A stretch of 63,999 bases of DNA, counting the filler, from Octopus bimaculoides (lineage: Eukaryota), in the NCBI RefSeq assembly GCF_001194135.2. It is 5 parts of 4 records of this genome, joined end to end, with 100 filler letters (N's around TTAATTAATTAA, not from the genome) between each part and the next. Parts side by side here need not be neighbours in the genome. Positions count along the whole stretch, not along the records: positions 23,288 to 51,229 come from NC_068995.1; 4 more parts are not named here. One strand, 5' to 3'. Under the pieces are notes generated by a model. The model ran no database searches, was not told the origin of the DNA, and saw nothing but the letters and a program-made list of their open reading frames with translations. The position numbers and the translations under genes are program-made. Of the stretch, positions 25,067 to 38,624 are shown one piece after another; position 1 is the first letter of the stretch; each line of letters starts with the position of its first letter.

Positions 25067-25345
25067 GAAGGTGTATGGCCTAGTGGTTAGATTACTGCAT
25101 TCACGATAGCGAGATCGTAGTTTCAATTCCTTGACCGAGTCGTGTGTTGTATTCTTGAGCAAAACACTTCATCTTACATTGATCTGTGATCAAAATCACT
25201 TCAACACCTGGCACGTGGTACACCGTACACCTATTCCAGAAAACGTCGATTTGATGGAAGGAGTAAGGCTCAGCACAAACATTTGATCACAATCAACGAA
25301 TTATTTGTGCAGATTGTTCAGCAAGAAGTTGCAGAAACGTCTTTC
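25067..25345 (+). mobile_element. tRNA-derived SINE, family C
   Basis: A box tggcctagtgg (25076), B box-like gtttcaattcc, then gtattcttgagcaaaacacttcat. Confidence 0.7.
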
Positions 25346-26236
25346 CCGATTACCTTACTGGAGATGGTTGAAGTGAGTTCAGCTTCGAACTCTATCCACT
25401 TTTATGTTACATGATAGATTCAATGGGCAAGCATCTTTATATCTGCAGGAGCAATCCAGCCTCTAGTTCAGTAAGCGTACTTGGGATGAGCCTCTTCATA
25501 CTGGAGCCACAGAACGGCCTTTGTCCTTTCTCGTGGCTATGATTATCTAGAAATTCTTATGCAGGAAGGCTAGGAATTTCCTCTTTTCTTGTTACCAATG
25601 CTGGGTCTAACATTTAAAGGAAAAGGTTTGGAAGTTATGTTGTATTTCTGGGGCTATACATGGAATGGGATAGTAGAGAGTACGGGATATATGAAAGTTT
25701 CCTCTTGAAACCACTATCGTCAATGACTATCGTAGTAAGGGCATCACCATTGAAATAACTTTTGAGGATAAGATTTATCAAACTGTATTAGATATAAAAT
25801 TTACCAAGCAAAATGGTGTTGATAACTACTTACTTATTTATCTAGCAAAATTTCTATTCGGTTTGTGTTTGGGCTAATAGATACAAAATTCCAGATCTAG
25901 GGATATGTCTGAAAAGTCAGCCCAAACTAAATTAGTGGCTAAAATATTTTATCATTTTAAGTGCCACACTGTTCAAAACAGTAAGGAGATATTGCTTAAA
26001 AATATATTACACGTAGCAGTGCAGGAGTTTGAGGTGACTAATCCATCGTCTCGGTACAACCCGAAATAGTTAAGTAATTTAATTTCCCGTCTATGTATGT
26101 AGTTTCCTGTGTATGTATGTATGTATGTATGTATGTATGTTTTCTGCTCTCTAAATCTGGATAGATCACTCATTTAAAATCACATAAAAATCCAATTGTA
26201 TGCAGTTCTATCCCTCCACTGCTAGGTGAGACAATG

Positions 26237-26497
26237 TGTGTGGTGTGCAAAAAGGTCTGAAAATCAATACCTAGTCTTAAAAGACATATGAAGGTACATA
26301 AGGATGACATCCCGCAAGCTCAGCCAATAAATCTAATAGCGGGCACATCTTTTGTCTGTGACGTTTACTGCAAACCGTGCAAATCTATTGCTGGACTTAA
26401 AAAGCCACCTAAGGGGTCATGGACGGACGTTTGGAGCTGATGATGGTTGATGGGGGTACATGGGGAGACCACAATCTCTGCAAAACTGAAGCAATCG

Positions 26498-26500
<3 letters not shown>
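26237..26500 (+). pseudogene. Two decayed C2H2-type zinc fingers, probably the 3' end of an RTE/BovB-type LINE
   Basis: CVVCKKV*KSIPSLKRHMKVH...FVCDVYCKPCKSIAGLK/SHLRGH with one stop and one frameshift; no TGEKP linker; ends at (TA)n. Confidence 0.6.
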
Positions 26501-26543
<43 letters not shown>

Positions 26544-27633
26544 TGAACAATTAAGATCACATATGTCAACATAAGAGGCTAGAGAAACGTGTGAAATATA
26601 CTTGGTGGTACATATACTAGACCATCGGTATACCAGATATACCAACCGCATTATCTGTTAACATTTCTCATGCCTAGTAGTGTATACACTCCGCAACAGT
26701 GACATTCTCATATAACATCTACGTATAACATCTGCTAATAAGAGATATTACAGTATTTCATCACGAAATATCCCAGAGTGATATTAAAAACGAAACAGAT
26801 TTAGAGGAAACCATTTCAATAATTTATTAGTATTGTATATAAATATGATGTACTTACAGAAATACACGTACACAAACAAACATACACATGCATATAAATA
26901 TAGACGTGTGGGTACGTACACACACACACACGCATACACACACATGCACAGACAAGACACACATGATACACATGTGTGTATATGTTTATACATTTAATTT
27001 AGTTTCTCTTCCTCATATATGTGTGTGTTTGTAACAGTGTGTTATAGCTTTCCATATTTGATATTGTTAGTGTCTGTTTTTTTTTCTTTTTCTTTTTTTT
27101 TATAAAAAAGCTATTAACCTAAAATTGCTATCTTTTGCCTTGTCCATCCATCTTTCACATCAAACATTAAACGGACAGATAGATTGGGCTAACAATAAAA
27201 AAAATGTAATTTAATCCCACTTCTTCAGAAGCAGCACCATCATCACTATCATCATCACCACCACCACCATCACCACAAATAACATCTCCTTCAACAAACC
27301 CGCCAATACCACCCACAACACCTCACCCACCAACCACGCCAAACGCCCTCACCAGCACATTCACCACTACCACCTCTGCCACACAAGGACTATATTACAC
27401 AATTTCTACGATTTGGTTGCTCTTTCTAGCAGTTTGAGTGATCCTGTAGTGGCTTTTTGAATGGTTTCATAAGCATACAGTAACATACACTCGCATTGCT
27501 CATGCATTCATACACACACACAACTGCATTCATACTTTCAAACATATACACTGACAAGCGTACACTCACTCACGCACATGCTCCAGCAATAACACGCATA
27601 CACTCCAAGATGACACACCCTCACTCATTATAA

Positions 27634-27684
<51 letters not shown>

Positions 27685-27844
27685 CACGCACATGCACGCA
27701 CACACTGACACACATAATCGTTTCTCATTGACATTGAAATTCACACAGGCACACACATAGAAATGCTTACACGCACGTTCTCATATATATACACTCACGC
27801 AGTTGTACACACACGCATGCACACATGTATGTATATAAATATAC

Positions 27845-27896
<52 letters not shown>

Positions 27897-29382
27897 ATTC
27901 ACACACGTAATCACAGACGAGTTACACACGTTAATACAATCACGTATGTTCCACTTATACACACTCAAACGCCATCACATGCACACATGCCGCATATACG
28001 CATTCGGAAAGACTTACATACATACGCAATCACTCACTTCATTACGAGAACAACAACAACAGCAACAACAATTTACGACTATTATGGCGAAAATGAGGTA
28101 ACATTATCATCATTATCATGATCATGATCTTCATCACCGCCGCCGCCGCCGCCGCCGACGCTATTATTAGTTCCAACTTCTCATCAAGATCATCATAATG
28201 AACAGCAAAATATCATAATTAGCAAGAACAAAACATAATAACTACATCGTCACCACCATCACCACCATCATCAGCAGCATCTGCATCACCAAAGACAGCT
28301 ATTGCAACATCATTACAACAATCATCATTATCGTTGCTATGAAAGCAGCAGCAACATTAACGACAACAGCAACAACAACAACAACAACAGCAACAGTAAC
28401 GGTAACAACATCAGCAGTAACAGTACAACCATATTTATTGATTATCGACCAATCATTTATATTGAATTTCATGTTTCCCCTGCTTTAGTTCTTAATTTTT
28501 AATATATCTGTTGCATCTACCATCACCNNNNNNNNNNNNNNNNNNNNNNNNNNNNNNNNNNNNNNNNNNNNNNNNNNNNNNNNNNNNNNNNNNNNNNNNN
28601 NNNNNNNNNNNNNNNNNNNNNNNNNNNNNNNNNNNNNNNNNNNNNNNNNNNNNNNNNNNNNNNNNNNNNNNNNNNNNNNNNNNNNNNNNNNNNNNNNNNN
28701 NNNNNNNNNNNNNNNNNNNNNNNNNNNNNNNNNNNNNNNNNNNNNNNNNNNNNNNNNNNNNNNNNNNNNNNNNNNNNNNNNNNNNNNNNNNNNNNNNNNN
28801 NNNNNNNNNNNNNNNNNNNNNNNNNNNNNNNNNNNNNNNNNNNNNNNNNNNNNNNNNNNNNNNNNNNNNNNNNNNNNNNNNNNNNNNNNNNNNNNNNNNN
28901 NNNNNCATCACGACTACCACGACGACGACCACCACCACTGATAACAGTGTTGTAGAAGGAGTGAATCAGTTTAGGGAAGCTCAAGGAAAAGATGGACCAG
29001 ATGAGGTACGTCACAAAAGACAGTGATTTCCTGCCCGACGTGATAATCTAGGCAAAGCAAAAAAAAAAAAAAGAAAAAAAAAAGAAAAAAAACCCTGAAA
29101 AAACGTGAAGGGAGGTAATACACCTTTACTTTCCAAAGATTTAAGTGCTTCCGTATGACTGCAGAAGTGAAGTTGAAGGAATCCCCATTGATCGATTTGT
29201 GTCAGGATGCGTAGTTCCATCAATTATGAAGGAATATATGGAAGAGTGTATCTGATGTCTAAAAACAAATACGAGGCGAGGATCTAGAGTTGGCGAGACA
29301 TACTGCAGCCCATAGGCTTGTCCAACAGTACATAGTCCTTAGGAATACGAGCTTTGCCGCCACAATCGTACAGATATCGATT

Positions 29383-29592
29383 TATAATTTTGACACAAGG
29401 CCAGCGATTTCGGATAAGAGGTTAAATCAATTACATCCACGTCTGTGCTCAACTGGGACTTATTTTATTGACCTCAAAAGGGTGAAAGGCGAAGTTGACC
29501 TCGATAGAATTTGAACCCAAAATGTACAGACGGACGAAATGCAGCTAAGCATTTTCCCCGGCGTGTTAACGATTCTGCCTGCTCGCCGACTT
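29383..29592 (-). mobile_element. SINE family B, full length, with 21-bp TSD
   Basis: A box-like aggcagaatcg and B box-like gggttcaaattc on the minus strand; flanks acaatcgtacagatatcgatt / acaatcgtatagatattgatt. Confidence 0.9.
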
Positions 29593-29922
29593 ACAATCGT
29601 ATAGATATTGATTGAACAAGTATCGACGGTGGAGGTGACATATAACATTAAACTGTGTAGGCAGCCAGGATTCGATACTCGTCAAAGACTACAAGTTTAC
29701 ATCGGAGTTGTATCATATAGGTTCATGCAGAGTTCTATGTTTAAGAGATGAGCAATTTTGTACATAATTCATGCAGAGTGTCTATTTTCTTTTTTTTTTA
29801 GGATTTTGTTGATACACGCTCTTAAATTCTCGATTTGCATGAAAGGTCATGGGGAAGTGAATATTTCTTGAGGAGTTCGTTATCGATTCGGAGGATATTA
29901 TTCTCTTAATATTTAACCTGTT

Positions 29923-30051
29923 ACCACCGAGGTCGACTTTGCCTTTCATCCTTTCGGGGTCGATAAATTAGTACCAGTTGCGTATTGGGGTCGATCTAAT
30001 CGACTGGCCTCCTCCCCAAACTTTTCGGGCCTTGTGCCTAGAGCAGAAAAG
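29923..30051 (+). mobile_element. SINE family B, 5'-truncated, with 15-bp TSD
   Basis: ccgaggtcgactttgcctttcatcctttcggggtcgataaatt...; flanks aatatttaacctgtt / aatatttaacccgtt. Confidence 0.9.
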
Positions 30052-30780
30052 AATATTTAACCCGTTGGCTTTTGCCGATACTTTTGCTGTTGTTGTTTAG
30101 CAAAAACTAAGTGATATCATATAGCAATGAAAAGCTATCAACATTGATCTTAAGCCTCTTTCCCCTTTTCTGGTAAGAGTCTGTCAATATCATTTTTTCT
30201 GTAGAAGTCTGTTGTTGATGTCAATTTTCAATGTCTACAGAATGGTATTTATGCCACTCGTTTCGTGGAACATAGGAGCTAGAGAGACAACTGCCGTAAA
30301 GTTTGAGATTTAGGGAACAGTTTTTCTGAATTCAAAATGTCAACTATGAACATTTCTTCGGACAAATTCCATTCCCACATCGGCAGGAAAACGTTGTGAC
30401 GAAATCCAGCTGTTTCGCAATATTGCAGATATATCAAGCATAGATCTTTTGAGCGTCTACAAAGAAATTATGGGTTACATTATTATCTCTGACCGTTGTA
30501 GATTCTAGGACACAGCCAGTGGATTTTTGTAACAAAAATGACAGTAGATTTAGGGCCAAAAGAGAAGCACGAAAGCAAATTGATTCCTTGGAATATTCCC
30601 TTTGAAATATTTGAAATATTCACAACATCAGAGACAATCGTTCCGCTTTCGGTTCCCAGTATGAAGAATTATTGACCAGATCTTTCAATGGCAGTAACTA
30701 AAGTAGCATATATTTTTGCCAAAATATGCACGTACGTATGTGTGTGTATGTGAGTACTATCCCCCCTCTCTCTCTCTCTT

Positions 30781-30812
<32 letters not shown>

Positions 30813-31482
30813 CACATGTATGTGTTTATATATACATATATTCCATACATTGAAACATGATAATGAGGCTGACGATATTGATGATGACAGTGCTGGTGAT
30901 GATGATAATGCTGATGACGATGATGATGGTAAGCGAAAACCACCTCGAGTTGTGTCAACAACGAAATCGACATCAGTCAATACGGTTTCCTTGACTACCT
31001 GCCCATTCATGGCACCCTGGCATTCATCCATCTAACTCGGCAGTCATCCANNNNNNNNNNNNNNNNNNNNNNNNNNNNNNNNNNNNNNNNNNNNNNNNNN
31101 NNNNNNNNNNNNNNNNNNNNNNNNNNNNNNNNNNNNNNNNNNNNNNNNNNNNNNNNNNNNNNNNNNNNNNNNNNNNNNNNNNNNNNNNNNNNNNNNNNNN
31201 NNNNNNNNNNNNNNNNNNNNNNNNNNNNNNNNNNNNNNNNNNNNNNNNNNNNNNNNNNNNNNNNNNNNNNNNNNNNNNNNNNNNNNNNNNNNNNNNNNNN
31301 NNNNNNNNNNNNNNNNNNNNNNNNNNNNNNNNNNNNNNNNNNNNNNNNNNNNNNNNNNNNNNNNNNNNNNNNNNNNNNNNNNNNNNNNNNNNNNNNNNNN
31401 NNNNNNNNNNNNNNNNNNNNNNNNNNNNNNNNNNNNNNNNNNNNNNNNNNNNNNNNNNNNNNNNNNNNNNNNNNNNNNNNNN

Positions 31483-31543
<61 letters not shown>

Positions 31544-31636
31544 CAGAGAGAGAGAGAGGATAGATGAGCGGTAACGATATGGAATAAGGCAGAAATAAAA
31601 AAACGATATAGAGTGACTGGAAGAGAGAGAGAGAAG

Positions 31637-31668
<32 letters not shown>

Positions 31669-31975
31669 AGTAAAAGGAGATAAGACAGTGAAAAGGAAGG
31701 AGAGAGAGTGAAAGAGGAAATAGAGAGAAAGAGATGGTGATAGAGAGCATGGGAGAGGAAGGAAATGAAAGAGAAGAATGTGAGAGGCATTCAGATGGAA
31801 TAGGAGAGAAAGAATGACGGGAGAGAAAGAGATGAATATTTATAAAAGAAGAGAGGAAGTACAACACAGTGAATTGGAAACAGAGAGAGAGAGATAGAGA
31901 GGGACAGATGAGGAGAGAGAAGTGTAGAAAAAGAAAAGAAATAATAAGAACAGAGAGGGTGTGAGAGGGAGCTAC
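31483..31975. repeat. GA-rich polypurine tract
   Basis: Direct; a similar tract lies at 38230-38535. Confidence 0.85.
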
Positions 31976-32370
31976 TGGCCTCCCTCTCCCCCCCCCCCTT
32001 CAAATTGTTTCCATTATTTTGTTATCATTCTTTTTACCTTGCAATTAACGAGAATATATTACTTTGAAACAGCANNNNNNNNNNNNNNNNNNNNNNNNNN
32101 NNNNNNNNNNNNNNNNNNNNNNNNNNNNNNNNNNNNNNNNNNNNNNNNNNNNNNNNNNNNNNNNNNNNNNNNNNNNNNNNNNNNNNNNNNNNNNNNNNNN
32201 NNNNNNNNNNNNNNNNNNNNNNNNNNNNNNNNNNNNNNNNNNNNNNNNNNNNNNNNNNNNNNNNNNNNNNNNNNNNNNNNNNTACTACTACTACTACTAC
32301 TACTACCGCTACTACTACTACTACTACTACTACTACCGCTACTACTACTACTACTACTACTACTGATAAT

Positions 32371-32543
32371 GGTTTCAGATTTTGGTTCAAAGCCAGAAAT
32401 TTCGGGGTGAGGCGGCTAGTATATTGCATCGACCCCAGTGCTAAACTGGCACTTATTTTATCGACTTCGAAAGGATGAAAGGCAAAGTCGACCTCGGTGG
32501 AATTCGAACTCAGAACGTAAAGACGGATGAAATACCGCTAAGC
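32371..32543 (-). mobile_element. SINE family B
   Basis: gaccccagtgctaaactggcacttattttatcgacttcgaaaggatgaaaggcaaagtcgacctcggtggaattcgaactcagaacg. Confidence 0.85.
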
Positions 32544-32548
32544 TAATG

Positions 32549-32599
<51 letters not shown>

Positions 32600-32608
32600 G
32601 TAATAATA

Positions 32609-32643
<35 letters not shown>

Positions 32644-32644
<1 letters not shown>

Positions 32645-32815
32645 GAATAGAATGTCCTGTAGAGCTTCTACGGAAGGTTTGTCTCTTAGGGACAGGAAAG
32701 ATTATCAGGTGGGTTCTAAGCATTTGAAAGACTATTGAAAGCCTGTGGATACCTGTGGTAACCTGCTACCCACATAAATCCTACCAAGAGTAAGAATGAA
32801 CCCGAGTCAAATCAA
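32644..32815 (+). mobile_element. Dong-clade extreme 3' end
   Basis: GIECPVELLRKVCLLGTGKIIRWVLSI*; preceded by (TAA)n, followed by aataataat. Confidence 0.7.
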
Positions 32816-32834
32816 TAATAATATAAACAACATT

Positions 32835-32889
<55 letters not shown>

Positions 32890-32890
<1 letters not shown>

Positions 32891-34135
32891 GACTGAAGAA
32901 GTGTAGTATAATGAACCTGAAATGAAGCAAAGCACAGTTCCCGGGCAGGTGCAGAATGATCAAATAGGGAAGTACTGAAACAAATTGAAAAGGAAGTCTA
33001 TAATGATGGAGAAGGAAATGGAAGAACAGCGCTCAAAATTGATTGGATGGAATAAAATCTAACGGGTGATAGCATCACTTCGGTATGGAGTTGGAATCAT
33101 AAATTGGATACGAAGACATGGTAACTATTGACAGTGCACTAAGCATCTCATCCCAAGAGTGACACTGAGAGGTTGTCCTTGTCCAGAAGAACGGGTGAGA
33201 GAGGTTTGACCACTTGTCAGGGTTTTGTTGAAGCAGTGGAAAACAGTTTAGGGTGGTATGTAAAAAATGCCGTGGAACCGTTGTTGATGTAGATAAAGTT
33301 CCGCATCATCAAAACTGATAATTGTGTTAAGAAAGAGAAAGTTAAAGAGGAAAAGAACCACGAAAAGGGAAATGGCGTAGAAAGGGGAAAATGTACGGTC
33401 AGTTTGCAAGAGATATGAGCACAAAGACAGATACAGAAGGTCGGTAGTTATGGATGCGGAAGAGAGAATTGAAGATAGAAACAGAAGCACATATATGCGC
33501 GGCACAAGAGCAAGCTATGGGGACAAACTATGTGAAGTGCAGAATTGATAAAAAAAAAGAAACAACTGTGAGCTACAAATGCAGATGTGTCGTGAGAGGG
33601 GTGAAACAGTGTTGCATATTGTTAGAGAAAGCCCGACATTTGCACGAGACTGCAAATGACAATGTAGCAAGAATGATCCATAGGGAGCTCTGTGGAAATT
33701 ATGGTCTAGAAAGATCAAAGATGTGGTATGACTAAATCCCAGAAAGAGTTACAGAGAATGAGGATTGCGAAATCCTATGAGATGCAATGATTCAGTGTGA
33801 CTATCAGATTAGATATCGGAAACCTGACATTGTTTTGGTGAATAGAAAAGAAAAAAGGAAAAAAAAAAACATGCCTGGTTATCGACATAGCATGTCCTGA
33901 TGACAACAGGATCGAAGATAAAGAAAAAAAGTGAACAATTATTATGAATTGAAGTGGGAAATGCGCAGGTTATGGACAATGAAGAAAGTGGACATGATAC
34001 CAATTGTGATTAGCGCGCTTGGAAGTATCAGTACTCAATTACCAACGCGGCTCGAGAAGATTGATACAAATGTAAATCATCATTGCTCGCAATTGCAAGA
34101 GTTCTCCGCAGCGTTCTTTGCTGGATTCTGAGAGT
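32890..34135 (+). mobile_element. Dong-clade LINE (post-RT to RLE), old
   Basis: LHPKSDTERL, ENSLGWYVKNAVEPLL, ETEAHICAAQEQA, KPDIVLVN, LWTMKKVDMIPIVISALG. Confidence 0.85.
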
Positions 34136-34164
34136 TTTCATGAAATAATAGTAATAATAATAAT

Positions 34165-34365
34165 CCTATCTATTATAGGCACAAGGCCTGAAATTTTGTG
34201 AGGGGTTTGCTAGTCGATTACAGCGACCCCAGTGCTTCACTGGTACTTAATTCATCGACTTCAAAAGATAAAAGGCAAAGTCGACCACGGAGGAATTTAA
34301 AATCAGAACGTAAAGACAGGTGAAATGACGATAAGCATTTTGCATGACGTGCTAACGATCCTGCC
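34165..34365 (-). mobile_element. SINE family B, TAA arrays on both sides
   Basis: Same body as the other B copies; (TAA)n at 34144-34164 and 34366-34400. Confidence 0.85.
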
Positions 34366-34399
<34 letters not shown>

Positions 34400-34602
34400 G
34401 TAAAAATGATAATAATGATAACAACTTCTAATTTAGGCGCGAGGCCAGCAACTTTCTGGGAAAGGTGTTAATCACGCAAACTCACACGAAATAGATTCCG
34501 ATCAGGTGATCATAGCGCCATGTAAAATGAAGATACACCTTTAGCAATAGTTTTTCAGCTGCGGCCTCGAGCTGACCAATAAATTGTAAGAGATATGAGC
34601 TG

Positions 34603-34643
34603 ATTTCTCTGATGAGACACAAGTCGCAACGTTGGTCCGAGAT
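34603..34643 (+). ncRNA. Candidate type-I minimal hammerhead ribozyme (PLE-type), one core substitution
   Basis: atttc.t-CTGATGA-gac(acaa)gtc-GcAAC-gttg-GTC-c.gagat: stems I, II and III present, GUC site, aataaa downstream. Confidence 0.6.
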
Positions 34644-34660
34644 ATAATAAAACACTAAAA

Positions 34661-34709
<49 letters not shown>

Positions 34710-35523
34710 TTACGTGGTTTGGTTTTACCCTGATGGAATAATAATGAAATCTAGCATCAAATGCAAGAACCAACTGCTGTGTGGAGAATTAAGATCGTAA
34801 CTCTGTACATGCGCGTTTGAAGTGCGATGATAGGAATAGGTTGAAAGTGGAATCGATATTCAGTTTTGAGATATCAGCACACACATCCACACACAGACAC
34901 ACGCACACGCCTATATAAATGGTCTCTCCGGTTGAGGACGATGCATAAGCGTTCAGTTACTCGTTTAACTGAAACACCTAGTCATTATTTTGTTTCAGTG
35001 GTTGAATATTTCATGGACACACGAACCACACAGTTCAGTGGTTGAATATTCCATAGACACATATACTCTTAACGTAGTTGTCAGATAGAATCAACGTGAC
35101 GCAGTGTGACAGATCTTTCTCTTTAGACTACAAGCACAATCCATCCGACCTGCTTCCACACAGTTTCAGTCTGTTTCTTTCCGAATCTACGATAACAGAT
35201 ATCTACACCCAAGATGCAGCGCTTTTGAAGGAAGTCTAGGTCTTCTGTCTGCGACACGAACTTCTTAGTTACACGGCCCTTTACAAACTTGATCGCTTCC
35301 TTATGTATGTAATTTCAGCTGCTCAGATCATATTTATTATAAAGCAATGCAGTTATTTACTATAAACCATCCGCTACATATTTGTGTGTGTGTGCAAAAT
35401 TTAAGTGTGTGTACATGGATGCATACGCAACAGAACTCAGCGATGTGATCTTATATATATATATTCTGATGATGAATATGGAATCTATACTAGAAACACA
35501 CACATACACACAAACGCGTGCAG

Positions 35524-35562
<39 letters not shown>

Positions 35563-36107
35563 NNNNNNNNNNNNNNNNNNNNNNNNNNNNNNNNNNNNNN
35601 NNNNNNNNNNNNNNNNNNNNNNNNNNNNNNNNNNNNNNNNNNNNNNNNNNNNNNNNNNNNNNNNNNNNNNNNNNNNNNNNNNNNNNNNNNNNNNNNNNNN
35701 NNNNNNNNNNNNNNNNNNNNNNNNNNNNNNNNNNNNNNNNNNNNNNNNNNNNNNNNNNNNNNNNNNNNNNNNNNNNNNNNNNNNNNNNNNNNNNNNNNNN
35801 NNNNNNNNNNNNNNNNNNNNNNNNNNNNNNNNNNNNNNNNNNNNNNNNNNNNNNNNNNNNNNNNNNNNNNNNNNNNNNNNNNNNNNNNNNNNNNNNNNNN
35901 NNNNNNNNNNNNNNNNNNNNNNNNNNNNNNNNNNNNNNNNNNNNNNNNNNNNNNNNNNNNNNNNNNNNNNNNNNNNNNNNNNNNNNNNNNNNNNNNNGAA
36001 TATACACTATCAGACATACATTTTATACACACACACACACATTCACGCATATATATATATATATATATACATACACACTTGCATGCATACATACATACAT
36101 GCATACA

Positions 36108-36142
<35 letters not shown>

Positions 36143-36411
36143 TTATACATACATATATATATACACGTATATAAAGATACAAATGTAGAAAGGTCAACTC
36201 CCATTTCAGCTGCTGTATCCAATACTTCTCTCAAGAACACACCACCACGCCGCTCCCCCATCCACCCCGTTACATCCCACTTCTTCACAAACATTTCAAT
36301 CTATGGCTTCTGGCATTGGATTGTCTGTTGTGTCTATTTTGCTGTCATAAAATACTAAATTAGTCAGCTCTTCTCTTCCCTTAATTCCCTCATCATTATT
36401 ACCAAGTACCA

Positions 36412-36461
<50 letters not shown>

Positions 36462-36739
36462 ACACACACAAACGCACACACACACAGCCATCTACATACA
36501 CGGATATTAGAAATATATGTGTGCAAACAGACATTACTAAACATATATATGTATGAATATATATAAATATATACTTGTATATGTATGTATATATACAAAT
36601 ACATGCCATAATGTATACAAATATATACTTCCATATATATAATGTATATACATATATATATACATACACACCATAATGTATATAAATATACTTCTATATA
36701 TATATAACGTATATAAATATATATGTATATTATATACAT

Positions 36740-36781
<42 letters not shown>

Positions 36782-37189
36782 CCATACATGCATACACGCA
36801 TACACATAGCTTATATGTATATATCAGGCGTACAAAAAAAATACAGACACACACAAACACGTGTGCGTTCGTGTATATATATATATATATATATGTAATG
36901 TATGTGTGTGTGTGCGAGTGCGTGCTTGTGTGTTCACGCACTTACCCATACATACACACACACATGTATATACAAACAAATATGTGAAACTAAAAAAAAA
37001 AAAGAAAGAAAGATTGTTTTGCGATCTAAATATTGATTTCCCCGAAGAGCAGCAGCAGCAGTTTCTGATGAAATGGTTTTTATTTTACGAAGGAACAAAT
37101 AAAAGGGGTAAAACAGTAATAAAACAAAACAAAAGACAAAAAAAAAACACTAACATAAACCCCACAAACAATATCTCTGCTGTAATGGT

Positions 37190-37950
37190 GCCGCTACTGA
37201 TGCTCACATCGATGATGACGATGATGATGATGATGGCGGTGAGGATTAAGATGATGATGATAATGGTCGTGATGATGATGGTGGTGGTGATGATGATGGC
37301 AGTGAGGATCAAGATGATGATGAAGACGATGATAATGGTGGTGATGATGATGGTGATGATGATGATGATGGTGGTGGTGATAAGAATGACGACACCAGTT
37401 ACGATGATAATGATGATTACGTTGTTGGTGATGATTGCAATGTTATCGTAGAAGACGATGATGATGATGATGATGGTGATGATTGGAGAATGATGACGAT
37501 GATGGCGTCTGGACTAATAGTAACCGTGATATAAGTGTTAGTTGCTGTTTTCTTAGTTGTTGTTATTGCTGTTGTGGCGGTGGTTGGTGGTGGTGGTGGC
37601 TGGCGTTACGATTTCTCAATTCAACTCAAATTATCGTTAAAGCTCTGCAAATATATTCTCTGAAGAATCTACCAATTTTACGATGAGAAAGATTACGTTC
37701 TACGAGAATCTCTCCCCCCCCCACTCCATCGTTCTTACGATGATATCACTTTTGTTTGTGTGGTGGTTGTGGCCATGTTGTTGTTTGTAATTGTTCTAGT
37801 AGTGGTGGTAATGGTGGTGCCGATAGCCTTTGTTACTTTTGTTGTTGTGGTTCAGGTGGTAGTGTTCTCTGTGTTAGTAATTCTGTTATTAGTATAGTTT
37901 TGGTAGTGTTGGTGCTAGTAGTGCTAGCGTTGTTGATGTGGTAGTTGTGT

Positions 37951-37981
<31 letters not shown>

Positions 37982-38160
37982 GTAGATGTTATAGTTGTTG
38001 GTCGTGGTGATAGTGCTGCTGGTTGTGTTTGTGTGATAGTAAGTTGTGGTGGTCGTGATGCTGGTAGAGGTGGTGGAGATTTTAGTAGAGATAGCAGTAG
38101 TGGTTGTAGTTTTGGTGTTGTTTATGGTAGTGGTGGTGGTGGTGGGTGCCGGGGCTGTGA
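37190..38160. repeat. About 1 kb compound GAT/GGT/GTT/GTA trinucleotide region
   Basis: Direct. Confidence 0.9.
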
Positions 38161-38321
38161 TGGGTGTGTTTTTGTTTAATCTTGCTTATTTTTTATGTAT
38201 GTCGTAACCGCCAATTTTGGAAAATTGTGGAAAGGGAGAAAGACAGAAGTATACTCAGGAAGCAGAGAGAGAGAATAGACACACACATGTACAGAGGGAG
38301 AGGGAGAGAGAGACAGAGCGG

Positions 38322-38354
<33 letters not shown>

Positions 38355-38559
38355 GGAGAGAAAACAAAAAAGAGAGAGGGAAGAAGGGAGAGAGGGAGGC
38401 AAGAGGAAAAGCTGTAAGGGAGAGAGAGAGAAGAACAGAGAGAGAGGAAGAGAAAAACAAAAATAGAGAGAGGGGAAAAGAGAGAGAGAGAGAAGCAAGA
38501 GGAAATGCTGCAAGTGAGAGAGAGAGAGAGAGTCGAGNNNNNNNNNNNNNNNNNNNNNN

Positions 38560-38624
<65 letters not shown>

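Noticed and set aside
34912-34958. TATATAAA followed by TCAGTT (Inr-like)
   Set aside because: Spacing of about 43 nt is too long and there is no downstream gene evidence.
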